Assembly (NCBI GenBank): GCA_029855935.1
Contig: JAGSHN010000016.1
Coordinates: forward strand, 64,001 to 128,000
Length of the DNA: 64,000 nucleotides
Source: Candidatus Thorarchaeota archaeon
GTDB taxonomy: Archaea > Asgardarchaeota > Thorarchaeia > Thorarchaeales > Thorarchaeaceae
Direction of reading: 5' to 3'
Positions within the stretch are counted from its first letter, which is position 1; each line of letters opens with the position of its first letter. A program made the translations under genes and the position numbers. The notes beneath the pieces were generated by a model, which saw only the letters and a list, made by a program, of their open reading frames with translations, had not been told where the DNA came from and made no database searches. Positions 29,396 to 38,981 of this stretch are shown here, piece after piece.

Positions 29396-29858
29396 ACCCG
29401 TCGCTGGCCCGGCGTGTGTCTGGGTGGTCAAGTCTCTGGATCACTCGTGCTGGGTTGCCCGCCACCATCGTCCACGGGGGCACATCACGGCTCACCACGG
29501 CACCCGCGGCCACGATGGCCCCACGGCCAATCCGCACTCCTGGAAGGATGATGGCCCCACTTGCTATCCACGCCCCATCCTCTATGACCACCTTCTTCGG
29601 AGGCTGTCGGTAGGCGCCGCTCATTCTATGGTAGGGACTGGTGCCGGAATGGGCCATTATCTGCACGCCAGGACCGATTGAAACCCAGTCTCCAATCTCG
29701 ACGAGGTCTGGATGCTCGCTGTCAATCTGAACAAGATAGCCCACGAACACACCCTTCCCTATCTTGACACCGCATCTCCTGTGCACGGCCGCTCGGAATT
29801 GCCAGAAGGGTGCGAGCCACGCCAGTATTCTCAGAATCCGCCCCACTATCTTGCCCAT
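29373..29858 (-). CDS. Hexapeptide-repeat acyltransferase (maltose/galactoside O-acetyltransferase-like)
   Basis: GVKIGKG, IEDGAWIASGAIILPGVRIGRGAIVAAGAVV..DVP...VAGNPAR. Confidence 0.88.
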   Translation of the reverse strand: MGKIVGRILRILAWLAPFWQFRAAVHRRCGVKIGKGVFVGYLVQIDSEHPDLVEIGDWVSIGPGVQIMAHSGTSPYHRMSGAYRQPPKKVVIEDGAWIASGAIILPGVRIGRGAIVAAGAVVSRDVPPWTMVAGNPARVIQRLDHPDTRRASDGSSDGPSQ

Positions 29859-29862
29859 CTCT

Positions 29863-30747
29863 CTATCCTCCCTGTGCCATCTGATATCGCCACAGCTGCC
29901 TTCGTAGATAGTCCGAGAAGACCCAGTTGTCGATATCGCCCGTCAAGAGGAGACAGAATGAGGCATCACTGGGCCATCTGCCGTGCGAACGCCACCGAAG
30001 GACGGCCTCGGAGGGGGTTGGTGCCCAGGCTCCACGTCCAATCGCATGTTCGACGGCCCCCTCCAGACAGCCGACGTACCTTTTCTGCCCCATCCTAATT
30101 GGGTGGAGGTCGAACATCAGGACACCGCCTTGTGCCGCTGCGGAATCAATCTCCAGAATCAGACGTTGTGTCACCTGTTCAGGGGTCATCTTCAGTGTGT
30201 CAATCATCCGGTCGTCGCTCCACACGCTGAGAGGGATGTAGGTGACCGACGAGGGTCCTCCCCCCACAGTCACGTGAAAGAAGTGACGGCGCCGACGATG
30301 TTCCGGTCGGTAGCCGAGACCCCCGTCCCAGAGTAGACCTGCTCTCTCAAGCATCTGCGGCATGTCGTCGGTGTAGTTGTCGTAGGGTGCCCTGAAGCCT
30401 CGAACCGTGACACCGAGTTGTCGCAGTGTTCGAAGGCTCATCTGCAGGTCCCTCTCGCGTTCCTGTGCCGAGACGCGCGGATAGCGAATGTGGATGTAGC
30501 CGTGACTGGCGACCTCATGGCCCTCGCGCTCGATCCATCTCGTGAGGTCCGGGCGCATTGCTGCCACTGCAGCGACGACGGGGAAGGCGAATCTTGCTCC
30601 GTGCTTGTCCAAGACATCGAAGGTGTTCGACAGAATCTCCTCGAACGATATCCTGTGTAGTCGGTACATTCTGAGGAACTGAATGGGGGCTCTCAGCCCC
30701 CATCTGTGGAGAAGTTGTCGAACATACTCCGTGCCGGTCAGCATCAC
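29863..30747 (-). CDS. Polysaccharide deacetylase (NodB-like) family protein
   Basis: GHEVASHGY.H, GFRAPY, LHP. Confidence 0.82.
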   Translation of the reverse strand: MMLTGTEYVRQLLHRWGLRAPIQFLRMYRLHRISFEEILSNTFDVLDKHGARFAFPVVAAVAAMRPDLTRWIEREGHEVASHGYIHIRYPRVSAQERERDLQMSLRTLRQLGVTVRGFRAPYDNYTDDMPQMLERAGLLWDGGLGYRPEHRRRRHFFHVTVGGGPSSVTYIPLSVWSDDRMIDTLKMTPEQVTQRLILEIDSAAAQGGVLMFDLHPIRMGQKRYVGCLEGAVEHAIGRGAWAPTPSEAVLRWRSHGRWPSDASFCLLLTGDIDNWVFSDYLRRQLWRYQMAQGG

Positions 30748-30827
30748 GACCCCATGCCTGTGGTCTTCGTATGAGTCGGCGCGGGGCCGGAATTAAGGCT
30801 TGTGGGCGCTCCCGTCTGACTACCCCA

Positions 30828-31739
30828 TCACGGGACGTAGACGAAGGCCGACGCCAGAAGCCGGAGAATCGGGTCCACGAGGCTCCTGTCGAGGTGGCCC
30901 CAGACATAGTTGCACATTGCGATGAACTCTTCCGTGCGGAGCTCAGCATCGGACTTGCCGCCAACAATCTGCTTGGCCATCTTGACAAGCGTCTTCACAA
31001 TGTTCTTTGCATCCCTGTGGTCGCCCAGTATCTTCGTTGTTTCCTGCTCAATGTGCTGGATTCGGCTCTTGATGCGGATGTCTGCAATCTCGTCGCTACC
31101 CAGTGACTTGACGAGGTCCATCAGGACATCGAGTATGCCGTTGTGCAGCCCGGCAATGACCGCCTCCACCTCGTATGCTGTGAAGCGGATTTCCTCTCCG
31201 TCTACGTTCAGCGACCACTTCAGATCGCTGCTTCTGACGAGGTCGAACTGGCGTCCGTCGATGGTTATGTGTTCCTCAAAGTATCTGCTCTCCACACTGC
31301 TCTGAATGGACATCTTGAGGATTGCCGCCTCGGTGACCTTGATCGGTGCTCTCTTGTCGCCGCTTCTCAGCTCCAAGCAGAGATCGTCCTTCGGAGTGAT
31401 CTTTCTGACATAGTCTGACGCAGGCGCGACCTCCACCGGCGGGAGATTCTTCAGAAGCGATGCGAGGTTCCGGACCTCCTCCTCGGTCAGGAGATAGGTC
31501 TGCCTATCGCCTGATATCTTGATGCTACCATCCTCGGTGCGTTCGAAGATGATCTTGTTGCCACCACCCACGTTGGTGGTCTTACGATATTCCTGTCGGT
31601 AGTTGCGCACAGTCTGAGCCAGCTTCTCCAGTGCCGCAGCCACCATATGGGCCTCTCCATACCCTATGGTGATCTCGCCAGCGCTGTCGGTGGCGCGACC
31701 CAGCCCAACAGCTCCATCTCTCCTTATCTTGACGTACAT
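30828..31739 (-). CDS. Hypothetical protein with repeated beta-beta-alpha units
   Basis: Long open frame starting at ATG 31739; four strand-plus-helix units (ITIGYGEAHM, YLLTEEEVRN, PIKVTEAAIL, IRFTAYEVEA). Confidence 0.75.
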   Translation of the reverse strand: MYVKIRRDGAVGLGRATDSAGEITIGYGEAHMVAAALEKLAQTVRNYRQEYRKTTNVGGGNKIIFERTEDGSIKISGDRQTYLLTEEEVRNLASLLKNLPPVEVAPASDYVRKITPKDDLCLELRSGDKRAPIKVTEAAILKMSIQSSVESRYFEEHITIDGRQFDLVRSSDLKWSLNVDGEEIRFTAYEVEAVIAGLHNGILDVLMDLVKSLGSDEIADIRIKSRIQHIEQETTKILGDHRDAKNIVKTLVKMAKQIVGGKSDAELRTEEFIAMCNYVWGHLDRSLVDPILRLLASAFVYVP

Positions 31740-31910
31740 CTTGAGTAACCACTGTGCCAGAGGCCACGGCTGTAAAAAACTGTTGTGACGACGGAGTGTC
31801 CAGTCCATTGCAAAAATGAGTTCTGGAGGAGGTCGGTCCCTCTGCCGCCACTGTGACAGGCGCTCAAGAGGCGGCTCCTCCCACAGAGACTGTTCGTACT
31901 ACTATTGCGA

Positions 31911-32270
31911 CTATATGCCGTCCTTGACATCAAACTTGAGTAGTCCGGCCTCTTTGGTCTTGATTGCAATGTCTATCTTGTGGTCTCCGGGCGATAGCTG
32001 TTCGCCCTCGACCGTGACGACAACCTCTATGCCCACCTTTATCGTGAAGGGGTTGTTCTCCGAGATCTCTGATGCCTTGACCTTGACGTCACCAGACTCG
32101 ATGATTGTCTTCTCCAGCGGATACTCCTTGTCATCGACCTTGAATGGCTCTATGGCGATGGCAGTCCCTGGCGAGAGGGAGTTCTTGATCTTGAACTGGA
32201 ATCCATTGTCCACGTTTGTGAGACTGCCCTTGACGTAGAGCTTTCTCAGCAGGAAGCTTGGTATCTGCAT
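31911..32270 (-). CDS. Small conserved beta-sandwich protein
   Basis: MQIPSFLLRKLYVKGSL.N...GFQFKIKNSL.PGT. From memory it resembles a small domain associated with some HMG-CoA reductases (unverified). Confidence 0.7.
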   Translation of the reverse strand: MQIPSFLLRKLYVKGSLTNVDNGFQFKIKNSLSPGTAIAIEPFKVDDKEYPLEKTIIESGDVKVKASEISENNPFTIKVGIEVVVTVEGEQLSPGDHKIDIAIKTKEAGLLKFDVKDGI

Positions 32271-32446
32271 AGTATCATCGCTCCATATGGTCTTGTGGTC
32301 CTGCATTGACCTGTCGTCTGCAGTTTTTATACGTTCCGAGTGAACATCAACGCTAGGCCCGACTAGTGCCCCCGATCACACAGGTATGACAGAAGGGGGC
32401 GGGCGGACCTCATCACCCGACGCCACGACTGCCGTCTTGCCGTACT

Positions 32447-35400
32447 CTAGATGTCTCCGGGCTTGAGCATCTTGGTACGCGCTTGAAAGATCGGTCCCGT
32501 GATGCCCATTACTATCTTCACAAGATCCGGGTTCTCACTCACAATGCCGATGACGTCACGATCGGCCCCTGACGCTGGCGCGAGCATGACCTCCTCGCTG
32601 TCGATGATGCATGCGTAGAGGTCCTTTTCTCCACGCACCCTGACACGGATGTTGCCTCGGCCGACGAGCGGGCCAGCACGCTCCGCCAACAGTGGTCCCT
32701 CTGTGACGACGAGTTCTACGCCCACCACGGACTTCAGCCCCGTCAACAGATCGGTCGGTATCTCCCGCGGGTCTGGGACAATCATCGTCACCTTCGACTT
32801 GGCGCGCTGGAGCATATCCGCCATGTGGGTCAGCACGGCATTCCGGCCGGACACGAGCCACGTGTTCTTGGCGCCCGGGAACTCTGTCTGACGCAGCATA
32901 TCCTTCACACGAGACAGCATCTCGGCCACATCCTCGGTGCCACTGACAGTGACGGCCCCTGCGAATGTTTCGTCGAGGTACTCGTCGGAGATGCCGAGCA
33001 TAGGCGATGCCTCCGCCTCTTTGAGTAGTCTCTCCAGCGACCCGACTATCCCGTCCACGGTCTTGTTGATGGCGTCGAATCCCCTACCAATGCCCTCCTC
33101 AAGGTCAGTCCGCAGTGTATTCAAGAGACCCCTCGCGCCGTCGATTCCTGCCGCCACCCTATCGCTGGCGGCCTGAGCAAGGGCATCTGCGGTACTCGCC
33201 GCCGATTCTTGGAGTTTCTCGCCGGTGTCTGTGATACTGGAGCGACCGGACTCCGCAGCACCCTCTAGGGCCGTCTTGTGCTTCTCCACGAGCTGGTCGA
33301 CCTGAATCTCGTACCGGTTACTGGCGTGTTCTATCTGGCTGACCATCTCGTCACACTGTGTCGAAATATCACTGGCAACGGACTCCAGTGTGGAGCGGAC
33401 GCCGGACTTCACGGATTCTTCTGTTCTCGCCAGTTGTGTCACTGTTTCAGAGAATGTCTCGGTCAGAGATTCGCTTGCTGTTGTGAGCGACTCGACAGAT
33501 GCCTCTCTTGTCTGCGCCAGACGGTCCTTGGCAGACTCCTCCGCCTGCGACAGCTGCTGTAACATTGCAGCATTGATCTCTGTCATTCGCTCCTTCAAAT
33601 CGGATATGTGACTGCCTATGTCCTCCGCGATGGATGATTTCATAGCTATACTCGCATCTGCAATCCCAGTGCTCAGATTGTTCACCAGCGACTCAGTTGC
33701 ATCGGAGAGTGTCACTCTGGCCTCCTCCGTCGACCTTGAGAGAGTGTCACCCGACATACTGAGGTCTCGTTTCGTGGACGCTACACTGTCGGCAATCGTG
33801 CCTCCCAGCGACTCGAGGATGGCACTCGTCTCTTGAACCATTGAGTCCACGGACTGTCTCGTTGCCATCGCTATCTCACTCTCTCTCTGTTTGATACTCT
33901 CGACGGTGCGCTGGCGTGTCTCGTCAATCTGCTCAATCAGTGATCTGTGAACCTCGCCGACCGTGTTCACTAGCCTATCGAGGTGCTGCGACTGAAGGCT
34001 CAGGCTGTCTGCCACAGTGCTGCTAATGCGGGAGGACATCTCATCGTGACGGCTCCGGTAGTCGGCCAGCCGCTGGGTCATCGAGGTGTCTATTGTCTCA
34101 AGCCGTGTCTTCACAGTGGTCGTGACCTCGTCGATGGCTGACCTTGTCAGATCGTTGACAGTGGACACAGTCTCCTCAACAGCCTGCTCTATCGCCCTCT
34201 GCACCTGCTCTGCCATTGCCTGGACGCGTTCCGCGGCCGAGGATGCAAGCCGCTCCAGTTGTCCGCGCAGAGAGTCCACGACTTGGGTGAGGTCCTGTGA
34301 CAGACTCGTTCTCGTGCTGTCCAGAAGACTTGTAGAGCTGTTGAGAGCCTCACGGTTGAGTTCGGTCAGGCTGTCCCCTAGCTGACGGACCACGGAGTCC
34401 ACATCCTCTTTCAGAGACTGCACCCCCGCCCGCGTCTTCGCATCTGCCTCCTCTGTCGCTGCGGCAGCGCTCTGGAGAAGAGTGGTCCCTGCATCAGCAG
34501 CGACACCGCTCATCGACGCGGCCGCGCCCTCGACGGTCCGTCCCACCTGCCCCGCAAACCCCTCAAGTTGTTGTCCAAGGGAATCTCTGGCCGATGCGGT
34601 GGCCTCTTCGAGACTGTTCATAGTCGAGTCGATGGACTGTCTTAGTGCCTCGATACTCTCTCTCTGTTTCGCATCGTGCTGACTCAGTGCTGTTGTTGCA
34701 CCTTGGCGGAACTCCTCGACGGCCTGTTGCAGGCCCTCATTGAGTCCGTCGACGTGCTCCGTCATACTATTCTGAATCTTGTCCAGAGATGCTATGACTC
34801 CCTCTGTGGTGTCCTTCAGAGTGGAGTCTAGGCTGGACCCCAGCGTGTTGAGTACGTTGGAGATGTCTGTTGCGACCTGTTGCAGTGCCGAGACGGTCTG
34901 ATCACGGGCCGACTCAAGGCTGCCCGTACTATCGCCGGCGGCCGTTTCCACCGTATCGCGTGCGGAGGATATCGTTCTCTCGGTCTCGCTCTCAGCTCTC
35001 TGCGCTAGGCCGTCAACTGATGAACTGACCCTGTCCTTCAGTCCATCAACGCCAACTCGCAGCTCGTTGACAAGATCCTGTCCGCTGCTCTTGGCGGCAG
35101 ATCCCCACGACGTGAGATCAGCAACGAGTGCGCTTGTGGTGCTGCTCAGAGTGTTACGAAGCTCCGCTATGGCCGGCTCTATCTGCTCCGGGAGCTGACT
35201 CTTCCACTCGCCTGCTGCAGTGGCGATGTCACGCGAGACTGCCCCACGCGTGTCCGCCAGAGACGTGATAGCAGTGTCGACCTTTGTGGCAATCTTTGTC
35301 AATGCCTCATCTCTGACTCCTGAGCCCTCTGTTCCTGCCCTCTCCACCTCGGCAATGGCATCCTGCACAGTCTTGACGACAGCATCGCGGACCTTGGTGG

Positions 35401-35707
35401 CAGCATCCCTGACTTGCTGCTTCAGGTCCTCGCGAATTCTAGCTATCTGTTCTCCCACGCCCTGCAGCTCTTGGGCGATGCCCTCGAATGGTGGTATCGC
35501 CTGATAGCGAGGGACAATGCCGGGTACCTTGGTGAGCACCTCCTTTGACACTAGGCCTCTGACGATCTCTTCAGCCTCGTCAAGGCCCACATCCATCATC
35601 AATGCCACGTCGCCGATCGTGAGACTTCCGGTCGACAGTACGAGCGAGTATGCTTTGAACTCTCTCTCATCAAGTCCTGTGATCCTCTGAAGAATATCCT
35701 CAGCCAT
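32447..35707 (-). CDS. Giant TrmB-like protein: wHTH + ~850-aa amphipathic helical region + TrmB/PLD-like C-terminal domain
   Basis: GLDEREFKAY..VL..G.LT...YQAIPP at the N-terminus; W.VSGRNAV..H..DML.RAKSKV and ACIIDSEEV at the C-terminus. Confidence 0.8.
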   Translation of the reverse strand: MAEDILQRITGLDEREFKAYSLVLSTGSLTIGDVALMMDVGLDEAEEIVRGLVSKEVLTKVPGIVPRYQAIPPFEGIAQELQGVGEQIARIREDLKQQVRDAATKVRDAVVKTVQDAIAEVERAGTEGSGVRDEALTKIATKVDTAITSLADTRGAVSRDIATAAGEWKSQLPEQIEPAIAELRNTLSSTTSALVADLTSWGSAAKSSGQDLVNELRVGVDGLKDRVSSSVDGLAQRAESETERTISSARDTVETAAGDSTGSLESARDQTVSALQQVATDISNVLNTLGSSLDSTLKDTTEGVIASLDKIQNSMTEHVDGLNEGLQQAVEEFRQGATTALSQHDAKQRESIEALRQSIDSTMNSLEEATASARDSLGQQLEGFAGQVGRTVEGAAASMSGVAADAGTTLLQSAAAATEEADAKTRAGVQSLKEDVDSVVRQLGDSLTELNREALNSSTSLLDSTRTSLSQDLTQVVDSLRGQLERLASSAAERVQAMAEQVQRAIEQAVEETVSTVNDLTRSAIDEVTTTVKTRLETIDTSMTQRLADYRSRHDEMSSRISSTVADSLSLQSQHLDRLVNTVGEVHRSLIEQIDETRQRTVESIKQRESEIAMATRQSVDSMVQETSAILESLGGTIADSVASTKRDLSMSGDTLSRSTEEARVTLSDATESLVNNLSTGIADASIAMKSSIAEDIGSHISDLKERMTEINAAMLQQLSQAEESAKDRLAQTREASVESLTTASESLTETFSETVTQLARTEESVKSGVRSTLESVASDISTQCDEMVSQIEHASNRYEIQVDQLVEKHKTALEGAAESGRSSITDTGEKLQESAASTADALAQAASDRVAAGIDGARGLLNTLRTDLEEGIGRGFDAINKTVDGIVGSLERLLKEAEASPMLGISDEYLDETFAGAVTVSGTEDVAEMLSRVKDMLRQTEFPGAKNTWLVSGRNAVLTHMADMLQRAKSKVTMIVPDPREIPTDLLTGLKSVVGVELVVTEGPLLAERAGPLVGRGNIRVRVRGEKDLYACIIDSEEVMLAPASGADRDVIGIVSENPDLVKIVMGITGPIFQARTKMLKPGDI

Positions 35708-35965
35708 TGGCCTCTCCTCTGTCCAGTCCAGTGAATGTGGTGCATATGTGAGCGGTTCCTAATACTTGTATCGTTCACTCCGGGGCGTCTCCAGTGCTAG
35801 AGTCTCGGTGATCTCAAGACCCTGCACTCACCTGCGACCTCGTGCCTGACATCTGTCATCGATGAGACGCGGAGGCAGGGCGGGAGAATACCGGCTCTGA
35901 CGTGTTGAGCAATGAGTAGTGACATCTCTTCTGCTAGCCTCGGAGTCGGTCCGGCCCGGGACTGC

Positions 35966-37144
35966 TCAACCCGCGAGCTGAGTGATCCTGCGGACAGTGA
36001 CCCCGCCTGGTATGCCTGTGATGATGACATCTGGCTCCAGGCCAGTCTCCATCTGATATTGCCGACCGACAGCAATTGCAATGTCACGTGCGTCGGACCT
36101 CTCTGCCAGTATCACGACGGATCCCCCTAGACCCGCTCCCGTCAGACGTGCTCCCACTACGCCCCTCTGCTGACGAGCAATCTCTACCAACAGGTCGAGG
36201 TTCGGATGTGACACCTCAAAGAGCTCCTTTGAGCTGCTATGAGACTCGTACAGGAGCTCTCCGAACTCCCTGTAGCGACCGTCTCGCAGGAGCCGAACAC
36301 CGCGTCTTACGCGCTCGTTCTCTCTTACGACGTGTTCGACTCTCTTTCCGAGAGCTGTTCCAACGGTATCGATTGCACGTTCCAGATGCCCGACCCGCAA
36401 TTGACCGAGTGCCGAGATGTCCCATCCTGCTCGTCTCAGGGCGATGACGGCTCTGTCACACTCAATTCTTCGTTCGTTGAGGGCATCACCAGCGGTCCGC
36501 GAGACGCCCGAGTCTATGATCAATATAGCCAGCTCAGGCGGTAGAGCGACATCTGCAGTCTGCATGTTGGCACAGTGGATCTCAAGAAGCGAGTCAGGTC
36601 TGCACAGTTGGGCTGTGAACTGGTCCATGATGCCACATGACACACCGCAGAACAGACGCTCGGCCTCGAAGGCAATCATTGCCAGTGACTTTGGCTCCAT
36701 CTGCAGACCGTTCAGGTGGGCTACGAGGTTTACGATGGCGACCTCAAGGGCCGCGGACGAGCTGAGCCCCGCACGTATGGGGACACTGCCATCAATGACG
36801 GCTGTCATCCCGGTGGTGGGTCTCCCCCGACGCTCAAGGGCCCAGAATACTCCCCGGACGTAGTCGTGCCACTCATTGGTGAGCGCTCTGTGCTGGCCAA
36901 TGTGGTCAAATTCTACGGTCTCGTCGAAGATCAGTGAGCGCACGGTCACACGCTCGGAGGGCACCCCGAGTGCCCAGACATAACGCTCTATTGTGGCTGC
37001 CAACACCAGTCCGCCATTGTAGTCCGTGTGATTGCCAAGTATCTCCACTCGTCCCGGCGCCTGTGCCAGTACCAGCTCGCTGTCCTCCGAGACATCTGTC
37101 AGGGTCTGCAGTTCCTCCAAGAGGCGCGGGACCACTCCGGTCAT
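35966..37144 (-). CDS. galK: Galactokinase
   Basis: APGRVEILGNHTDYNGG, PIRAGLSSSAA, CGIMDQ, GARLTGAGLGG; start ATG 37144 overlaps the galT stop. Confidence 0.92.
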   Translation of the reverse strand: MTGVVPRLLEELQTLTDVSEDSELVLAQAPGRVEILGNHTDYNGGLVLAATIERYVWALGVPSERVTVRSLIFDETVEFDHIGQHRALTNEWHDYVRGVFWALERRGRPTTGMTAVIDGSVPIRAGLSSSAALEVAIVNLVAHLNGLQMEPKSLAMIAFEAERLFCGVSCGIMDQFTAQLCRPDSLLEIHCANMQTADVALPPELAILIIDSGVSRTAGDALNERRIECDRAVIALRRAGWDISALGQLRVGHLERAIDTVGTALGKRVEHVVRENERVRRGVRLLRDGRYREFGELLYESHSSSKELFEVSHPNLDLLVEIARQQRGVVGARLTGAGLGGSVVILAERSDARDIAIAVGRQYQMETGLEPDVIITGIPGGVTVRRITQLAG

Positions 37145-38085
37145 CAGATCGCCTCTCTCAGCTCGTGAGCCCTGTCCTCTGGTAGCGAGTCGTTGGTGTA
37201 CGTCCAGGCACCAGTTTCCACGCCCGCGAGGTACTTCCGTAGTCGTCTGTCGCGCCACGGGGGATACATCTCGACGTGGAAATGCCAGCAGCCCGTCGAC
37301 GGCTTCACTGGGGCGTCGTGCAGGACCATCACGTACGCCAGTTCGTCAAAGACAGCCACATAGCGCCGGACGATGTCCTGTACCATCCGGGCAAGCCCTG
37401 GGAGGAGTTCGCCGAGGTCTGACAGAGACCGCACGTGGCGCCTCGGGTAGATGTGAACCTCATATGGGAGGCGAGCTGCAAAGGGGACGATTGCCACAAA
37501 CTCGTCGTCCTGTGTCACCACTCTGTCCCCCGACTTTAGTTCGCCCTCAATGGTCTGACAGAGGAGACACTCCCCCTCGCTCTTCCAGACCTTGTCGAAC
37601 TGTCTCAGCTCGCGTTCGATTCGCGGAGGGACGAACGGTAGGGCATAGGCCTGAGCGTGGGGATGGTCTAGGCTGACTCCAATGGCCCGCCCCCTGTTCT
37701 CAAAGATCAGGACGTATTCGATGCCATCAATCGACCCGAGTTCCTCTCTCACGCGAACGTACTCCTCAAAGACACGAACCAACTGTTTCTCGTCCATCCT
37801 CTCAATCTGCTCGTCGTGGTTCGGAGACAGCACTATGACCCTGCACTCACCGTATGCCGGTGTCTCCATGACATAGCCCTCGCGCATCGGCAGCAGTCCG
37901 GCGCCAGTGCTCAGAGCGGCGTATCTGTTGCTCAGTGTCAGAACATCCCATCCCTCGGCCGTCTCAGGCTGGCCGGGACAGAACGGGCAGGGGTGTTCCG
38001 GGTCTTGGAACGGCCGCTGAGCGCGTTCCGGTGTCACTATGACCCACTCGCCGAGGAGGGCATTCCAGCGGAGCGTGTTCATCAT
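37144..38085 (-). CDS. galT: Galactose-1-phosphate uridylyltransferase
   Basis: R.N.LLGEWV, R.RP, CPFCPG, FENRG..IGVSL.HPH.Q. Confidence 0.93.
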   Translation of the reverse strand: MMNTLRWNALLGEWVIVTPERAQRPFQDPEHPCPFCPGQPETAEGWDVLTLSNRYAALSTGAGLLPMREGYVMETPAYGECRVIVLSPNHDEQIERMDEKQLVRVFEEYVRVREELGSIDGIEYVLIFENRGRAIGVSLDHPHAQAYALPFVPPRIERELRQFDKVWKSEGECLLCQTIEGELKSGDRVVTQDDEFVAIVPFAARLPYEVHIYPRRHVRSLSDLGELLPGLARMVQDIVRRYVAVFDELAYVMVLHDAPVKPSTGCWHFHVEMYPPWRDRRLRKYLAGVETGAWTYTNDSLPEDRAHELREAI

Positions 38086-38181
38086 CTGACCTCTCTTCGG
38101 GCGTGGACGGCGACCAATATAATGTCACTGTTGAATCAGATATATACTTCAGGTGACCGCACGTGGTGGCGTGTGAATACG

Positions 38182-38958
38182 ATGACCGACGGGCGTACTG
38201 CATTGATCACCGAGCTCGAGATAGCCGGACACCGTGCCTGGCCCGCAGCCGAGGTCCACCGGTTGCACGGCTGGCTGCTTCGTGCGGACAAGGGCATAAC
38301 CAGAAGGGCGAACAGCGTGCTCCCCTGCACGTATTCCGGGGAGGACCCTGATGCAGACATAGATGCTGTGATCTCCTTCTACGGCGACCGCAACCTTACT
38401 CCGATGTTTCAGGTCACCGAGGCGAGCAGTCCCCGTGGCCTTGATGCGATTCTTGATCGGAGAGATTTCGAACGAGAGCTTCAGGTACACGTCCAGACGG
38501 TGGCCCTAGATGGCATCACCGACGGTCTCGGGGCTTCTGATGTGACCATCACTGTGAGTGCGACCATTACTGAGGATTGGCTGAACAACTACCCGTTGGT
38601 GACGGGCTACGATGACGTGACATGTATCGTGCGCAACACAATCATGGCACGAGCGCCATCTCCGAAGGCCTTTGCTCTCGCGTTCGTGGACGGCCGACCT
38701 GCCGGGGTGGGGTTTGCGGTCCTTGATGGTCAGTGGGTGGGACTCTTTGGAATAGCCGTTCACCCGGGCCTTCGCAGGAGGGGCGTTGGAACGGCGGTGA
38801 GTGCACGGCTGATGCACTGGGGAGTGAGCAAAGGGGCGACAGACGCCTACCTGCAGGTCGAGGTTGACAACCATCCTGCGCTTGCGCTGTACAAGCGCCT
38901 AGGCTTCACTACACTCTATACCTACTGGTACCGACTCTACCCTGACTCATCGGCGTAG
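38182..38958 (+). CDS. GNAT family acetyltransferase
   Basis: GWLLRA..G.TRRANS, AVHP.LRRRGVG, AYLQVE.DN..ALALY..LGF; start trimmed to ATG 38182. Confidence 0.88.
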   Translation: MTDGRTALITELEIAGHRAWPAAEVHRLHGWLLRADKGITRRANSVLPCTYSGEDPDADIDAVISFYGDRNLTPMFQVTEASSPRGLDAILDRRDFERELQVHVQTVALDGITDGLGASDVTITVSATITEDWLNNYPLVTGYDDVTCIVRNTIMARAPSPKAFALAFVDGRPAGVGFAVLDGQWVGLFGIAVHPGLRRRGVGTAVSARLMHWGVSKGATDAYLQVEVDNHPALALYKRLGFTTLYTYWYRLYPDSSA

Positions 38959-38981
38959 GCCCGTTGATCTGCTGAGATCCA

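Noticed and set aside
32447-35707. SMC or methyl-accepting chemotaxis protein call for the 1086-aa protein
   Set aside because: No Walker A/B, no ABC signature and no MCP hairpin-tip motif; the termini are TrmB-like.
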